Positions 10,470 to 21,788 of a stretch of DNA of 46,692 nt are shown here, piece after piece; the stretch's first letter is position 1; each line of letters begins with the position of its first letter. The notes below the pieces were generated by a model that was not told the origin of the DNA, ran no database searches, and saw only the letters and a list, made by a program, of their open reading frames with translations. The position numbers were made by a program, and so were the translations under genes. This DNA is from Octopus bimaculoides. Its lineage: Eukaryota. The DNA lies in assembly GCF_001194135.2 (NCBI RefSeq), contig NC_068991.1, positions 61,537,151-61,583,842 of the forward strand, written 5' to 3'.

Positions 10470-10975
10470 TCCATCTTTTATCTATTTCGGTCATTAGACT
10501 GGCCATGCTGGGGCAAAGACTTGAAGAATTTTAAGTGGAACGAATCATTCCCAGTACTTTTTCTATTTTTTAAAAGCCTGATATTCATTTTATTGGTCCT
10601 CTTTTGCTGAGCCGCTAAGTTACGGAGATGAAACTCACCAACACTGGTTATCAAGTAGTGGTAGGGGTCAAATACACACACACACACACATGCACACACA
10701 TACACACACACAAAACACATGCACATGCACACACATACACACACACAAAACACATGCGCTTGTACACACACACATATTCACACAAACACATGGGCATGCA
10801 CACACACACACATGCTCACTCACACACATATACAACGGGCTTTTAGTTTCCGTTTACCAAATCTACTCACAAGAGTTTGGTCAACCTGAGACTATAAAAG
10901 ACTATAAAAGAAGACACTTGCCCAAGGTGCTATGCAGTGGGACTGAACCTGGAACCATGTAGTTGAGAAGCAACC
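10470..10975 (-). mobile_element. tRNA-SINE family A with expanded (CA)n centre
   Basis: Matches 2978-3383 on both sides of the microsatellite. Confidence 0.85.
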
Positions 10976-12724
10976 ATGATTGCCCCTATATGTTTCCCTT
11001 TTTTTTTTCCTTTTTGTTTATTTGTCATGTGCAGGCAAAACACTTCATTTCACGTTACTCCAGTCTGCTCAGCTGGCAAAAGTGAGTAATCCTGCAACAG
11101 ACTGGCGTCCCATCCAGGTGGGGAATTTATACGCCAAGGAAACAGGGAACCCGGCCCTTATGAGTCGGTATGACTCGAGAAGGTAACCTTTACATTTACT
11201 TTACCACCACTACTACCACCACCAAAACCACCATCCCCACCACTAACACCGCCACCGCCACTGCCAACACCATCACTGCAGCTACAGTCACTACCACCCC
11301 ACCATAACTACTGCCACCCTCACCATAACCCCTTCTCATCACCACCACCACCACCACCACAACAACCAGCATCACCATCACTAACATCACCACAGCCACC
11401 ACCACCATTAACACACCACCACCACCACCACCACTACCACTGCCACTGTTACCCATACCCTCACCACCACTAACTGCTACCATATGGTAGCACTAGGCCC
11501 GACACACACACACACACACACTCAGACACATTAAAATCCACAGACTAAAAGAGGAAAACATTAAAAGAACAACAAAAAGAATTGGTAATACGATAAAGCA
11601 AAATAAAAAAATAAAAGTCTGATTACGTAATGAATGAACAGCGATGATGACAATGTGTAAACATGTTATCTAACTGTTTTACTCCCCCCCCCACCACACA
11701 TCTAAGTGTCTGTACGCTCATCTGAACAATGTAGCTAGTTGTTAAGGAAGACAGAGAGAACAGAATATGTCATTTACAGTGTCTTGCGAACAAAGCACAA
11801 CACAACGTAATGTCATTAATCCTCAGAAACGATCTTCCGCGAAAGGCAGATGAATGAATGAGATATTATACACTTTTACACATCTCTTGCACACGCCACG
11901 TATTTGAGATGCGCTTTGGTTGGTTCCTGCACTTGCTTACATAATTGACATGCTTGGCTGGTTAGCTAGCAGACATACAGTTCACACACACACAGACACA
12001 CACACGTATGTATGTATGTATGTATGTATNNNNNNNNNNNNNNNNNNNNNNNNNNNNNNNNNNNNNNNNNNNNNNNNNNNNNNNNNNNNNNNNNNNNNNN
12101 NNNNNNNNNNNNNNNNNNNNNNNNNNNNNTTATATATATATATATATACAATATATATATATATATTATATATATATATGTAGGAAGAGAGAGAGAGAGA
12201 GTGTGAATGATACAGAAGAGTCCGTCATGTACACACACATACACATATATACACACACATACACACATATACATATACACATACATACATTATATATATA
12301 TACACACATATATTTATAATACACACACACATATATTTTCATAAATATATACATAAATATTTTGACATCACAGGAATTGAGTAACTCACACTCGCATACA
12401 CATGCATGTACATACACACACACACACACAGAAATATGAAATGCCTTTTATATTTAGGGAAAAGAGAATGCACAAATTAAGCACAGTTCAACCGAGGAGT
12501 TTCTATTGAAAGTCTTGTAAACATTTCCTTGTTTATCAGAAAATGATCTCTTTTATGAATGCCAGCTTTCTATTCCTGGTCATCTGGTAGTATTTTTAGT
12601 TTCAGTTTCACTTTAGTTTGCTTTTCAACCTTTCAGGGTCAATAAATCAAGAAATAGCATCAACAGCATCATCTAACATCCTCTCACCCTTTTTCGTCTT
12701 TTTCATATTATTATTATTGTATTA

Positions 12725-13113
12725 GTGGAGGCGCAATGGCCCAGTGGTTAGGGCAGCAGACTCACGGTCATAGGATCATGGTTTCGATTCCCAGACCGGG
12801 CGTTGTGAGTGTTTATTGAGCGAAAACACCTAAAGATCCACGAGACTCCAGCAGGGGGTGGTGACAAACCCTGCTGTACTCTTCCACCATAACTTTCTCT
12901 CACTCTTACTTCCTGTTTCTGTTGTGCCTGTAATCCAAAGGGTCAGCCTTCTCACACCCCGTGTCACGCTGAATATCCCCGAGAACTACGTTAAGGGTAC
13001 ACGTGTCTGTGGAGTGCTCAGCCACTTGTACGTTAATCTCACGAGCAGGCAGTTCCATTGTTTGGATCAACTGGAACCCTCGACGTCGTAAGCGACGGAG
13101 TGCCAACACACAC
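12725..13113 (+). mobile_element. Full-length tRNA-SINE family C with 12-bp TSD
   Basis: gtggaggcgcaatggcccagtggttagggc head, ggtttcgattccc B-box, gagtgccaaca tail; TSD attattgtatta at 12713-12724 and 13114-13125. Confidence 0.9.
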
Positions 13114-13512
13114 ATTATTGTATTAAGCCTCACAGCTTATATTGCTGGGTATGATGGGACATATCAGCTGTCCACAGCCAGTAGACTAAGGTGACACTTG
13201 TTTTACTGATCATGTTTCAAAAACCCTGCAAAGAATTTTTGCAGTTCGAAGCAATGCTGATCTTTGTAGGCATTTTACCTTCACACTTGCACCGGTCTTT
13301 TTCAACCATGTTGCTAGTTGAGTGCTGATAATTCCAAGTGCACCAATTACTATTGGTATCAAATCTACTCTCTTCACTGACCACAACCTTCGTATTTCCC
13401 ACTTTAAATCATCATAATTGTCTATCTTTTCTTCTTTCACATTGATCCTGTTGTCACTGGGGCATGCTATGTCGATTATCATATACGTTTTTTGTTTTTT
13501 ATTCACCACAAT
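13114..13512 (-). mobile_element. 5'-truncated Dong/R4-clade non-LTR retrotransposon (restriction-like endonuclease C-terminus plus 3'UTR), family B
   Basis: NIVVNKKQKTYMIIDIACPSDNRINVKEEKIDNYDDLKWEIRRLWSVKRVDLIPIVIGALG...LQRSALLRTAKILCRVFET*; flanked by (TAA)n. Confidence 0.85.
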
Positions 13513-13530
13513 ATTATCATTATTATTATT

Positions 13531-13945
13531 TAGTAGTCTTATTTTAGTCACGTGCTTTCACTGCACTACCGAGTGCAGCTCTGTGCGCTTTGGGTATGTG
13601 ATGTGGTTTGTTATGATGCTCTTATTTTTACTGTATTGAAAGTGTGTTTTACATAGGATGTGTGCATTGCCTAGTAGTGCTATTTTCTGTATGTTGTATA
13701 TACTTGTAAGTCCTGGTGTGTTTGTTATGTATTTGTCTGAATATTTTTTTATTATACCTAAGGCACCTACTATGATAGGAATTGTTTCTGTGTTTAGACT
13801 CCACATTCGAGTTACCTGTATTTCCAGGTCTTTGTATTTTGAAAGTTTCTCCATTTCTTTTAGAGAAACGTTGTCATCTGTTGGTATTGATACATCGATT
13901 AGAAAGCATTTTTTTCTTGATGATCTCTGACAACTATATCCAGCA
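13531..13945 (-). mobile_element. 5'-truncated Dong/R4-clade element, family A
   Basis: LDIVVRDHQEK.CFLIDVSIPTDDNVSLKEMEKLSKYKDLEIQVTRMWSLNTETIPIIVGALG...IQKIALLGNAHIL; 3' end gtgaaagcacgt...actact followed by (TAA)n. Confidence 0.85.
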
Positions 13946-13979
<34 letters not shown>

Positions 13980-13980
13980 G

Positions 13981-14020
13981 TTCAGTAGTTTTATTTTTAT
14001 AACGTGCTTTCACTTCAGTG
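13981..14020 (-). mobile_element. 3' tip of another Dong/R4 family-A copy
   Basis: Reverse complement cactgaagtgaaagcacgttataaaaataaaactactgaa matches the 3' end of 13531-13945 and is followed by (TAA)n at 13947-13979. Confidence 0.75.
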
Positions 14021-14585
14021 GCATTTCATGTCTTTATATTTTGAGTTCAAATTCCACCAAGGTCAACTTTACATTTTATCTTTTTGGGGTTGGGAAAACA
14101 AGTACCAGTTGAGCATTGGGGTTGATGTAATTTGAACACACAACCTACAAGAAAGGTGGTCCAATAGCATTATCCATTCAGCAATCCCACACATCTGGAG
14201 TAACAGGAACTGCCAGCTATGAGCTGCCAGAGATTCAATAAAAGCTATGGCCCTTTGCCAAGTGCAAAAGAGAGTAATGTTTACAAAGTCTCTTCTTTTA
14301 CTGGTTCTTTACAACCCAAACAACCTTACTTAGTAACAGTTTCTAGTCATTTTTATTAAGAGTGAGGAGGAAGGAGATGGTTCCAAGCGCTTCTTAAATA
14401 ACATGCGAATAGCCTCTGAGGAAATCTAAAATTTAATGACTGTCGAAGTTAATTGTTTTGGACAAGGTATATATGTTTATTATATCAAATATACATTCGA
14501 CCATTATCTAATTTGCATCTATAGATTATTTCTGTAAAACCAGATGCCTGCATTTTAATTTCACTTACTCGTACAACCACAAGAA

Positions 14586-14970
14586 TTGTTGTTGGCACTC
14601 CGTCGCTTACGACGTCGAGGGTTCCAGTTGATCCGATCAACGGAACAGCCTGCTCATGAAATTAACGTGCAAGTGGCTGAGCGCTCCACAGACACGTGTA
14701 CTCTTAACATAGTTCTCGGGGATATTCAGCGTGACACGGTGTGACAAGGCTGGCCCTTTGAAATACAGGCACAACAGAAACAGGAAGTAAGAGTGAGAGA
14801 AAGTTGTGGTGGAAGAGTACAGCAGGGTTCGCCACCATCCCCTGCCGGAGCCTCGTGGAGCTTTTAGGTGTTTTCGCTCAATAAACACTCACAACGCCCG
14901 GTCTGGGAATCGAAACCACGATCCTATGACCACGAGTCCGCTGCCCTAACCACTGGGTCATTGCGCCTCC
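14586..14970 (-). mobile_element. Full-length tRNA-SINE family C with 13-bp TSD
   Basis: Inverted copy of 12725-13113 (about 90% identical by eye); TSD acaaccacaagaa at 14573-14585 and 14971-14983. Confidence 0.9.
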
Positions 14971-15009
14971 ACAACCACAAGAATAAACTATTATTATAAT
15001 CCTCATTCA

Positions 15010-15610
15010 GGTGGCATGCTGGGCAGAATCGTTAGCACACTGGGCAAAATGCTTAGTGGCATTTCGTCTGTCTTTATATTCTGAGTTCAAATTCCACTTA
15101 GGTCAACTTCGCCTTTCATCTTTTTCAGGGTCAATAAAAAAAAGTACCAGTCAAGCACTGTGGTTGCTGTAATCGACTTCCCCTCCCCTCAAAACTGTTG
15201 GCTCAGTGCCAAAATTTGAAACTATTATTATTATCATCAAATTATAAGGGAGTGATCAATGCATTGGAAAAATGCTATGGAATATTCTACTATTTTGTTA
15301 CATTCAGAGTTCAAACCCTGCTGAGGTCGACTTTACCTTTTATTCCTTCAGGGCTGGCAAAATAAAATACTAGTCAAGTACTGGTATTGATATAATCAAC
15401 TGGCTCCCTTCTGCAAAATTTGAAACCATCATCAAATTATAAAGCAGTGAGGAGTGCATTGGGAAAATGCTACGGGTTATTCTACTGGCCTGTTACATTC
15501 TGGGTTCAAACCCTGCTAAGATCAACTTTAGCCTCCTGAGGCCTAGAGCCTATAGTTTAAAAGGATTATTATTGCTGGCCGTGTGCCAAAATTGGAAACC
15601 ATTATTATCA
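15010..15610 (+). mobile_element. Head-to-tail cluster of tRNA-SINE family B copies
   Basis: Repeated ggcagaatcgttagc...ctgagttcaaattcc...gcctttcatc...gtaccag...aaatttgaaac modules separated by att repeats. Confidence 0.75.
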
Positions 15611-15879
15611 TTGTATCAACAGAATTGTCGGGATATTGGATAAAATGTCTTGCAGAATTATTTTTTTTCTGGCTCTTTACATTCTGCGTCGTGCGGATTC
15701 GCATTGAGGAAGGATTTGCACTCTGACCTCGTGAACCCTTCCCCTGCAACAACTTCTGAAACTGACCCATGGGTTGGAAGCTTGACACCTGAGTGGTGTA
15801 AAGGTGTCGTCTGCCAGGAGTAGTAGCGAATCAACAACAAATGGTAGATGCAGCGATGCACTGTTATAGCGCATGCCCC

Positions 15880-16003
15880 CATACTACTAATACCACTACT
15901 ACTGCTACTACTACCACCACCACTACTACCATTATCACACCTACTACAACTACCACCACCACCTCTACCATTACTACCACAATTACCACCACCATCACCA
16001 CAC

Positions 16004-16037
<34 letters not shown>

Positions 16038-16048
16038 CATTACCACAC

Positions 16049-16079
<31 letters not shown>

Positions 16080-16080
16080 C

Positions 16081-16121
<41 letters not shown>

Positions 16122-16190
16122 CACTACCATTACCACACCTACTACAACTACCACCACCACCACTACCATTACTACCACAATTATTCTTCT
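15880..16190. repeat. Compound (ACC/ACT)n trinucleotide repeat
   Basis: Read directly; source of the poly-T/V/P/S ORFs in the track. Confidence 0.95.
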
Positions 16191-16206
16191 GAGTTGCTTT
16201 GTAATG

Positions 16207-16292
16207 GTGGAGGCACAATGGCCCAGTGGTTAGGGCAGTGGACTCAACGGGAACCCTCGACGTCGTAAGCGATGGAGTGCTAACAACAACAA
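16207..16292 (+). mobile_element. Internally deleted family-C SINE (head fused to tail)
   Basis: gtggaggcacaatggcccagtggttagggcagtggac-tca-acgggaaccctcgacgtcgtaagcg; about 300 bp missing relative to 12725-13113, with tca microhomology at the junction. Confidence 0.8.
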
Positions 16293-17199
16293 CAGCTTTG
16301 TAATGAGGTTTAGGTTTTTTTCTCTGTTGTTTTCAGTGTCATTTCAGTATTTAGTTTGCTCGTTGTAAAGAACATGTGAAACATGAGTCAGGTATGTTTC
16401 ATTGGGTGGATGATCACAAGAGGAATGACTTCAATCATAGATCTGATCGATATAGAACAGCTGTTCCAATACCATAGGAATTTGTTTCAATAGAATTTAT
16501 AGAAAAAAAATATTGAGCAATTATCGAACAATTTTGTTTTCTCTTCTCATTCCAACCCACACAAGCCTGGAAAACGGACATTAAATGAAGATGATGATGA
16601 TGATGATGATGTGTTAATTTCTCTGTATTTTTTTTTTTTGCTTTTCTATTTGTTTTCCTGGAACACCTTCTAATTAACTGTTGTTAATTGTTATTAATTG
16701 CATTTATTTAAATCATTTAAATGTGTCAGTAGGAATCACAGATATTGATTTAATAATTCAAACATGACAAAGAGAAAAAAAAAACACATAGCATTTGAAA
16801 TGAACTGTTAAATGTAGTAACTGGAAGCGCACTACAAGGGGTGAGGAAAAAATTATTGTCAAACAAGTGCCCTGGCCCATTTGTTCTTGACACTCTAAAG
16901 GAGCCAGGCCTATTCCTAACTGTCTCTCCACTGTTTTCAAAAAAAAAACCGCCTTTATTGGGGACTGAACTCAGAACCTTCATGTAATCTTCTTTCCCTT
17001 AACTGTGGTGTATACTGCTCAGCCACAAAGATCACCAAAAGGACTTGCACCGTTAATCTATTTAAACCTGGGTTTTGCCTCCTCCTACTCTCTGTTTAGC
17101 AGCTTACCATATTCTATTTTAATCCTAGCAATTGTTTCTCTTTGCCCATAATCACGCTGAGCTCTTCTCAGGTGTCTCTGATATGTATTTTATTGTGCT

Positions 17200-17465
17200 G
17201 ACATCACATAGAGAGCACCCATGCTGGCACCATGTAAACAGACCCATGATGGCACCACATTTGAAGTAGTTGTGCAGGTGCCACAAAAAAAAGCACCCAG
17301 TACACTCTGCAAAGTGATTGGTATTAGTGGAGGGCATCCAGCTGTAGAAACCATACCAAAACAGGCAATTGGAGTCTGATGCAGCTCTGCAGCTAGCCAG
17401 CTCCAGTCAAACCATCCAACCCATGCCAGCATAGAAAAAGGGATGTTAAATGATGATGATGGTGA
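17200..17465 (+). mobile_element. RTE-type 3'UTR tail element
   Basis: cactctgcaaagtgattgg...gggcatccagctgtagaaacc...aacccatgccagcat...ttaaatgatgatgat; same tail as 39535-39842, which carries RTE ORF end. Confidence 0.8.
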
Positions 17466-17752
17466 TGGTGTTCTTTTGTGGCCTTTGATTATAGAAAAGC
17501 ATCACCAGCTAGTCATAAGTTTAAGCTTTGTCATTAAAAGGGTTAAGGAAGTAACTGGTTGGGCTATATATGCATATACACCTACCAGTTTTCTAAAGCT
17601 AGCTACCTAACCAAGAGTCAATGCGAGAGAAGGGGGAGAGAAACGGAGGAGGAAGTGTGTGTGTGTGCATAACAAATAACGGAAATCGTTAAGCTAAATT
17701 TACGCCAGCAACACCTCAAACTGCTACTTTAGAAAACTGGAAGTGTGCCTAC

Positions 17753-17760
17753 CTGCATAC
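17753..17760 (-). other. Candidate 8-nt micro-exon (GTATGCAG) or recursive splice site
   Basis: Branch-like ctgtaac plus tttttcttttctcag acceptor, immediately followed by GTATG (donor-like) and 8 nt later by GTAGGC; phase-compatible with the 25-nt exon (x-M-Q-TNGLC). Confidence 0.35.
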
Positions 17761-18002
17761 CTGAGAAAAGAAAAACAGTTTGTTACAGGCAGGTAAAGAG
17801 AAGTAGTTAAAAGGTATTCCTTGCTTATATTTATTTATTTATTTTTGCTACAATGTTTACAGATATTTTGTTCTGTTTATATTTGTTTATTGTTTGCTCT
17901 TTCTTATTTATCCAGGTCAATATTGATCAAGTAAACTTATAATCGAAGGCTTTCCAGCTGTGACCACCTCTTTCAGTTATTGATTTATTATTATTATTAT
18001 TA

Positions 18003-18405
18003 TTTTACATGTTTCACTCATTTGACTGCGGCCATACTGAAGCACCACCTTAAAGGGTTTTTTAAGTCAAAGAAATCAAGCCCAACTTATTCTTTGTAAG
18101 CTTAGTACTTACTCTATTGGTCTCTTTTGCTGAACCGCCAAGTTACAGGCGTGTAAACACACCAACATCGGTTGTCAAGCGATGGTGGGACACAACGCAG
18201 ACACTAAGACACACACACACACACACACTCACACATATAGACATATACATATGACGGGCTTCTTTCAGTTTCCTTCAACCAAATCCACTCACAAGGCTTT
18301 GGTCGGCCCGAGGCTATAGTAGAAGACACTTGCTCAAGGTGCCACACAATGGGACTGAACCCAGAACCATATGATTGGGAAGCAAGTTTCTTAACGCACA
18401 GCCAT
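18003..18405 (-). mobile_element. tRNA-SINE family A
   Basis: Matches 2978-3383 along its length. Confidence 0.9.
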
Positions 18406-18854
18406 AATCATCATCATCATCCTCATCATTATTATTAAGGTATAATGTATCTGCTGGGGTTACACAAAGCACATTTTCCCAGTGTGTCCTACTTGTTCTC
18501 ATTACCCTTGTAAGATGTCAGGTTGTTATTTGAGAAAGATATTTTAGCGTTATTTCTAGCATAGAGGTTTTTCTATGAAGTTTTCCATGTTAGTGAAACT
18601 AGAGGGGGGACGGGGAGCAGAGAAATCTTGGAAGACTAATATGGATATACGCACATATGTGCGCGCACACACACGAATACCATAGCAACTACTGGCAATC
18701 TAACTTGCTAAAGTACAAGTGCAACTTGCTAATGTTGGTCAGAGAAGCTACCCTACTATTACTGAGATGTAATCTCTTCCAAAAACACATGCTCACATAT
18801 ATGTTTGTATGAGTATGTATGTGTGTGTGCGTGTGTGTGTGTACACACACACAA

Positions 18855-19190
18855 GGTGTATGGTTCTATGGTTCAGTGGTTAGAGTGACGAGCTCACAAT
18901 CATGAGGTTGTGAGTTCGATTCCTAGATTGAGCTTGAGCAAGACACTTTATTTCACGTTGCTCCAGTTCACTCAGCTGTAGTAATGAGTTATTACATCAT
19001 TGATGCAAAACTGTGTCAGCCTTTGCCTTTCCCTTGGATAACATTGGTGGCACGGAGAGGTGAGGCTGGTATGCATGGGCGACTGCTGGTCTTCCATAAA
19101 CAACCTTGTCTGGGTCTTGTGCCTCGGAAGGGAACTTTCTAGGTGCAATCCCATGGTCATTCATTACCGAAGTGGGGTCTTTACCTTACC
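18855..19190 (+). mobile_element. tRNA-SINE family D, near full length
   Basis: ggttcagtggttagag...gagttcgattcc...gagcaagacactttatttcacgttgctccagttcactcagctg...ctttaccttacc tail. Confidence 0.85.
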
Positions 19191-19194
19191 TACA

Positions 19195-19400
19195 TACATA
19201 TTATGATTGACCGTTGACTGAACACTATTCAATTTTTTTTCTCCGTGTTTTTCTCCTTGTCTCCGTATTCTTTCTGTTGAAGAGCGTAGCTCGAAACGTC
19301 AAAGACTTTCCGTATTCCCGAGCGTCATACTAATATATACTTTTGTTATTTACACCACCTGTCCTCGTCTGTTGTTATTTTTTGTATATTCTCCTACATA
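19195..19400 (+). mobile_element. Penelope-like element terminal repeat (pLTR) with hammerhead-like core
   Basis: CTGTTGA-A-GAGC gta GCTC-GAAACG...CGTC at 19274-19326, the CTGANGA..GAAAC arrangement typical of PLE pLTRs; A6 replaced by U. Confidence 0.6.
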
Positions 19401-19795
19401 CATTATATATATATATAATGTACACACACAGGCACACACACACACACACACACACTCATTCACTTACACAAACACACAAATCACACCAACAAGATACATT
19501 ACCGATGGCAGTAGCTTATTACTTCCTCTGAGGTTGTTGTAATTTTAATTTATTTACTACCAAACTAATTAACACTACTAGAAGACCTCAAAATGCTGAT
19601 GCATAGTGCATAACGGTTGTTTTAGTACGGTTTCTTGATGTCAAATAGGAGATGGCAGTTTAATCTCTCTTCAAAAAGGATGTCTGTCTATTCTTGGTGA
19701 ATTCTCTTAGAATGTTCCAGCACTTATTCCCAACAGTTGCAGAAATTAAATTAATTGTACAGTCAAAAATACAAAGCATAGAAACAGCTCATGTT

Positions 19796-19836
<41 letters not shown>

Positions 19837-20029
19837 GCAGTCAAGTATGAGATGTTTTGGCACAGCTGGTTTGGTGCGGCCTATTTGGCATTACTGAGTT
19901 GATGCTGACTTATTTGACATCCCTCATTTTACTATTACACATCTGTCTGTCTGTCTGTCTCTCTCTCTGTTTAAGTGCGTGAGCATATTTCTTACTTTTG
20001 GCCCTGGAAACAAGCATATGCACATCATT

Positions 20030-20215
20030 ATCATCATCGTTTAACGTCCATCTTCCATGCTGGCATGGGTTGGACAATTTTTTTTTTACAGGAGCTGGCA
20101 AACCAGAGGACTGCACCAAGTTCCACTGCTTGTTTTGGCATGGTTTCTGCAACAGGATGCCCCTAATGCCAACCACTTTACAGAGTGAACTGGGAGATTT
20201 TTATGTGGCATCAGC
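20030..20215 (-). mobile_element. RTE-type 3'UTR tail element
   Basis: catcatcgtttaacgtcc...catgctggcatgggttgg...ggatgcccc.taatgccaaccactttacagagtg. Confidence 0.8.
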
Positions 20216-21211
20216 CCATAAAGATAGAAAGAGACAAAGAGATAGGGAGGAGAGAGAAAGAGAGGGAGAGAGAGAGTGATGGAAAGCAGGGGAGAGTGAG
20301 AGAGAAAGAGGCATTATAATTTATTAATTGAACATGACTGACATAAACACTTTCCCTCTCCTCATACGCATAGAGAGATATAGACTCACACACATAAACA
20401 GAGAGAGAGAGGGGGGGAGATAGAGAGGGAGAGAGAGATAGAGAGGGAGATAGAGAGAAAGAGAGAAAGAGAGAGAGAGAGAGAGAGATTAAAACTTACT
20501 AACTGAATACAACTGGTATAAAGACTTGCCACTTCTCAGACACATAAAGTATGAGAGAAAGAAAAAGAGATGGAGAGAGAGAGAGGAGGAGGAAGAGGGA
20601 GAGAGATGGAGAGAGGGGGAGAGAGGTAGAATAAGAGAAACTGCGAAACGTCTGGTGTTAAAAAAGTCAGTATTGGATCGGTGACGCTAAAACAGCTATG
20701 CCAAAATATCTCATACGCTTGAATTACACCTCTGCCACATTATGGCCAACCTGGGGTTAAACAGCAGCAGCAGCAACAACTGTTAATTTCTCACTTTCAA
20801 CTTTTACTCTAATACAATGTAAACATAGAAATCACAGAAGCTATTTTCTTTACTGCAATAACAACAGTCAGTGCGCTTTACTTATTGTGTTTATTTATAC
20901 ACACTCTCTGTTTTGTGCTTGTGTAATTAATGAGATCATGCGCCAGTAAAGGCTTCACTTGGATGACCTCTCATGCAGAGGTCATCCAAATGAGTTATGA
21001 GCCAACTTAATGAAACAAACTTTTATGTGATTACCTCGTCTGCTAGAAATCTCTGCGCTACCTTAAAAATGAAGAAGAAATACATTTTGGATAATATAAG
21101 TTTGTGACTAAATCCTCAGTTACTCTCATCTTCTTTCTGTAATGTAGGTCGCCAAGCAGCTCCTCCATAGCAAGAAATATGTTCTGTTCTGGCGCCTTCT
21201 CTGAGACTTAA

Positions 21212-21431
21212 CCCTTTTGATACCAACCTGGCTGAAACCAGCTCTGGCTCTGAGTACAAATGTCTTGTTTTCATAAGTTCTGAATTAAAATCTTCCACCA
21301 AACCTTAATCACAATTTATGTTCCTAACACTAGCTTAATGATAACTAAGTTATTTTACTAAATTCTTTGTTATATTTAAAGTGATTGAAAGAAAAACATA
21401 GCATCTAAAAATAAATACAGTAACGAAAGGG
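21212..21431. mobile_element. 220-bp piggyBac-type MITE with intact TTAA TSD
   Basis: TTAA (21208-21211) | cccttttgatac ... gtaacgaaaggg | TTAA (21432-21435); TIRs 10/12 identical. Confidence 0.8.
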
Positions 21432-21724
21432 TTAAACCTTATGTCTTCGTTCCCTAGCAAGGAGCTGCCTCCTGCTTCTCCGCTGTAGCCCTCAGTCAAA
21501 GGGGATCTTAGTTTCGCAAGCTGTATGGTAAACTCACTAGTGCTGGTAGCAAGGAGAAAAAGCATCTACGAACACACTGTAAAATGGTTGGCATTTGGAG
21601 ATACATCGATCCATAGAAACCATGCCAAAGCAGACACTGCAGTACAATGTAGTCTTTGGACTGATCTAACCTTGTTCACAATCTAATGCATGCCAGCATG
21701 GGATATGGACAATAAAAGATGGTG

Positions 21725-21788
<64 letters not shown>

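Noticed and set aside
14330-14425. Minus-strand segment with ttttag acceptor and gtaagg donor
   Set aside because: Stops in all three frames.
15690-15880. GC-richer unique-looking segment open in two minus-strand frames
   Set aside because: No splice sites or recognisable protein motif; probably an old TE fragment.
20500-20531. Possible 32-nt upstream exon (ASLYTSCIQL, perfect gtaagt donor, phase-0 end)
   Set aside because: The pyrimidine tract is a (GA)n microsatellite and the first AG is GAG; plausible but unsupported without RNA-seq, and cannot precede the 8-nt candidate in this frame.
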